Shown piece after piece: positions 31,649-35,823 of a DNA stretch of 35,823 bases; within the stretch, counting starts at the first letter, position 1; the number at the start of each line of letters is the position of its first letter. Location of the stretch: positions 1 to 35,823 of the forward strand of contig CAZUZT010000002.1 in the NCBI GenBank assembly GCA_964624575.1. The letters run 5' to 3'. A program made the position numbers and the translations under genes. Origin of the DNA: an uncultured Rhodanobacteraceae bacterium (GTDB taxonomy: Bacteria > Pseudomonadota > Gammaproteobacteria > Xanthomonadales > UBA2363). The notes under the pieces are model-generated. The model ran no database searches. It was not told the origin of the DNA and saw only the letters and a program-made list of their open reading frames with translations.

Positions 31649-31793
31649 GGTCGGCACGGCCGTCTGAAAACAGGGTGGTGGGTCCCGCTGGATCCCGTTC
31701 GGCCCGCGAAGGCCCGGGCGCGGTCCGTGGCCGGTGGCGCGGACGTGCGCGGGTTGAGGGCAAGGTCGGCCATGGTCGGCATCGGCTTGCCGG

Positions 31794-32216
31794 TCAATCA
31801 TCCATGCGCGGCTTGGCCCGACTGCGCTTGATCATGGCGCGATTGCTCTTGGCATCCAGACGGCGCTGCCGGGCAGCCCGGCCGGGCCGGGTCGGGATAC
31901 GCTTTGCGGCGACCTTCTGGCCGGCGCGGATGAACTCGGCCAGGCGCTGGCGCGCATCCTCGCGGTTGCGGGACTGGTCGCGGAAGCGCTGGGCCTGGAT
32001 CACCAGCACGCCTTCGCCGGTCAGGCGCCGGTCGCGACGGGCCAGCAGGCGTTCGCGCAACGGTTCGGGCAGCGACGGCGAATTGCGCAGATCAAAGCGC
32101 AGCTCCACGGCCGTGGCGACCTTGTTCACGTTCTGGCCGCCGGGCCCTGAAGAAGTAACGAAGCGTTCCACCAGCTCCGATTCGGGGATCGTTATCTGAT
32201 CATCAATCTGGATCAT
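31794..32216 (-). CDS. arfB: Alternative ribosome rescue factor ArfB (YaeJ)
   Basis: SSGPGGQNVNKVATAV (GGQ), RDQSRNREDA, basic tail RIPTRP..RRLDAK. Confidence 0.96.
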   Translation of the reverse strand: MIQIDDQITIPESELVERFVTSSGPGGQNVNKVATAVELRFDLRNSPSLPEPLRERLLARRDRRLTGEGVLVIQAQRFRDQSRNREDARQRLAEFIRAGQKVAAKRIPTRPGRAARQRRLDAKSNRAMIKRSRAKPRMDD

Positions 32217-32968
32217 GGCGGAATTGTAGGTGCAGTAGCAGGTGCCGCAGCGCCGGCCAGCGCCTGCTGCCAGCCAAAGCGCTGCAGCAGCGCGTGCCAG
32301 GTGGCGTCCGGCGGCGCGGTCAGCGCCAGCGTCTGACCGCTGGCCGGGTGGGTCAGCACCAGTTGCCAGGCGTGCAGGAGCATGCGTTGGCAGGAAAAGT
32401 GTTCACGGAACAGCCGGTTGTGCTCGCCCCGGCCCAGGGTGGTATCGCCGATGATCGGATGATGGATATGGTGCAGGTGCCGGCGCAGCTGCCGGTAACG
32501 GCCGGTTTCGGGCACCAGCTCCAGCAGGCTGTAGCGCTGCTGCGGGTAGCGGCCGAGGGCGATCGGAACCTCCACCTGGGCCAGCCGGCGCCAATGGGTG
32601 AGGGCCGGTTTGCGTTCGCCCTTCATGCCGCCGACGGTGAGCGGGTAATCGATCCTGCCGGCGTCGTCGGGCCAGCCGCGGACGATCGCCAGGTAACGCT
32701 TGTCGACATCGCGGGCCATCAATTGCCGGCCCAGCTCGGCGGCCACCTCGCGGCTGCGCGCCACCAGCACCAGGCCACTGGTGGCCCGGTCCAGGCGGTT
32801 GACCAGGAACAGCTCACCGGCCACCTGCTGGCGCAGGCGGTCGATCAGGTAGCTGTCATCGCGGGCCACCATCTTGCTGCGGTGCACGGCCAGGCCGGCC
32901 GGTTTGTCCACAGCCAGCACCTGGCCGTCGTCATGCACGATGGTGATCGCGGGGGGATCGCCGGTCAT
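32213..32968 (-). CDS. truC: RluA-family pseudouridine synthase, TruC-like
   Basis: DKPAGLAVHRS, NRLDRATSG (catalytic Asp), PETGRYRQLRRHL..HPIIGD, RMLLHA; no S4 domain. Confidence 0.88.
   Translation of the reverse strand: MTGDPPAITIVHDDGQVLAVDKPAGLAVHRSKMVARDDSYLIDRLRQQVAGELFLVNRLDRATSGLVLVARSREVAAELGRQLMARDVDKRYLAIVRGWPDDAGRIDYPLTVGGMKGERKPALTHWRRLAQVEVPIALGRYPQQRYSLLELVPETGRYRQLRRHLHHIHHPIIGDTTLGRGEHNRLFREHFSCQRMLLHAWQLVLTHPASGQTLALTAPPDATWHALLQRFGWQQALAGAAAPATAPTIPP
32223..32228 (-). promoter_or_regulatory. -10 element 6 nt upstream of arfB ATG, inside the 3' end of truC
   Basis: Minus strand reads TACAAT-TCCGCC-ATG; no SD. Confidence 0.6.
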
Positions 32969-32974
32969 CGCCAC

Positions 32975-32980
32975 AGATTA
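32975..32980 (-). promoter_or_regulatory. -10 element 6 nt upstream of truC ATG (leaderless configuration)
   Basis: Minus strand reads TAATCT-GTGGCG-ATG; no SD. Confidence 0.5.
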
Positions 32981-33048
32981 GCCGGTCCGGCCCGGACGTG
33001 GGCTCCCGGCGCAGCCTTGAGCGTGGCGTGCACAGGTGCCGCCAAGGC

Positions 33049-35823
<2,775 letters not shown>

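Overview
GC-rich gammaproteobacterial chromosome segment; gene order and sequence style suggest Xanthomonadales/Lysobacterales (inference). It is almost all core genome. It holds the distal spc operon (rplE partial to secY, no rpmJ), the alpha operon (rpsM-rpsK-rpsD-rpoA-rplQ), dsbB plus a class II DAHP synthase, typA, a cyclophilin, a class I aminotransferase, a membrane-anchored glutaredoxin, mdh, prpBC, a GST and an orphan NarL/LuxR response regulator. These are followed by an acyltransferase/CDP-DAG synthase pair, lptD-surA-pdxA-rsmA, a FimX-like degenerate GGDEF-EAL protein, epmB/efp, a second acyltransferase, arfB, truC and dnaE2 (partial). I found no rRNA, tRNA, CRISPR array, transposase or phage gene, and no clearly new multi-gene system. 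The most interesting signals are regulatory: (i) three genes (arfB, truC, the response regulator) share an exact TANNNT-N6-ATG leaderless architecture; (ii) a 25-codon uORF with a strong SD is ATGA-coupled to the lipid gene pair; (iii) the dsbB leader can form a pseudoknot; (iv) a long hairpin occludes the rpsH start. Structures were read by eye, not computed.
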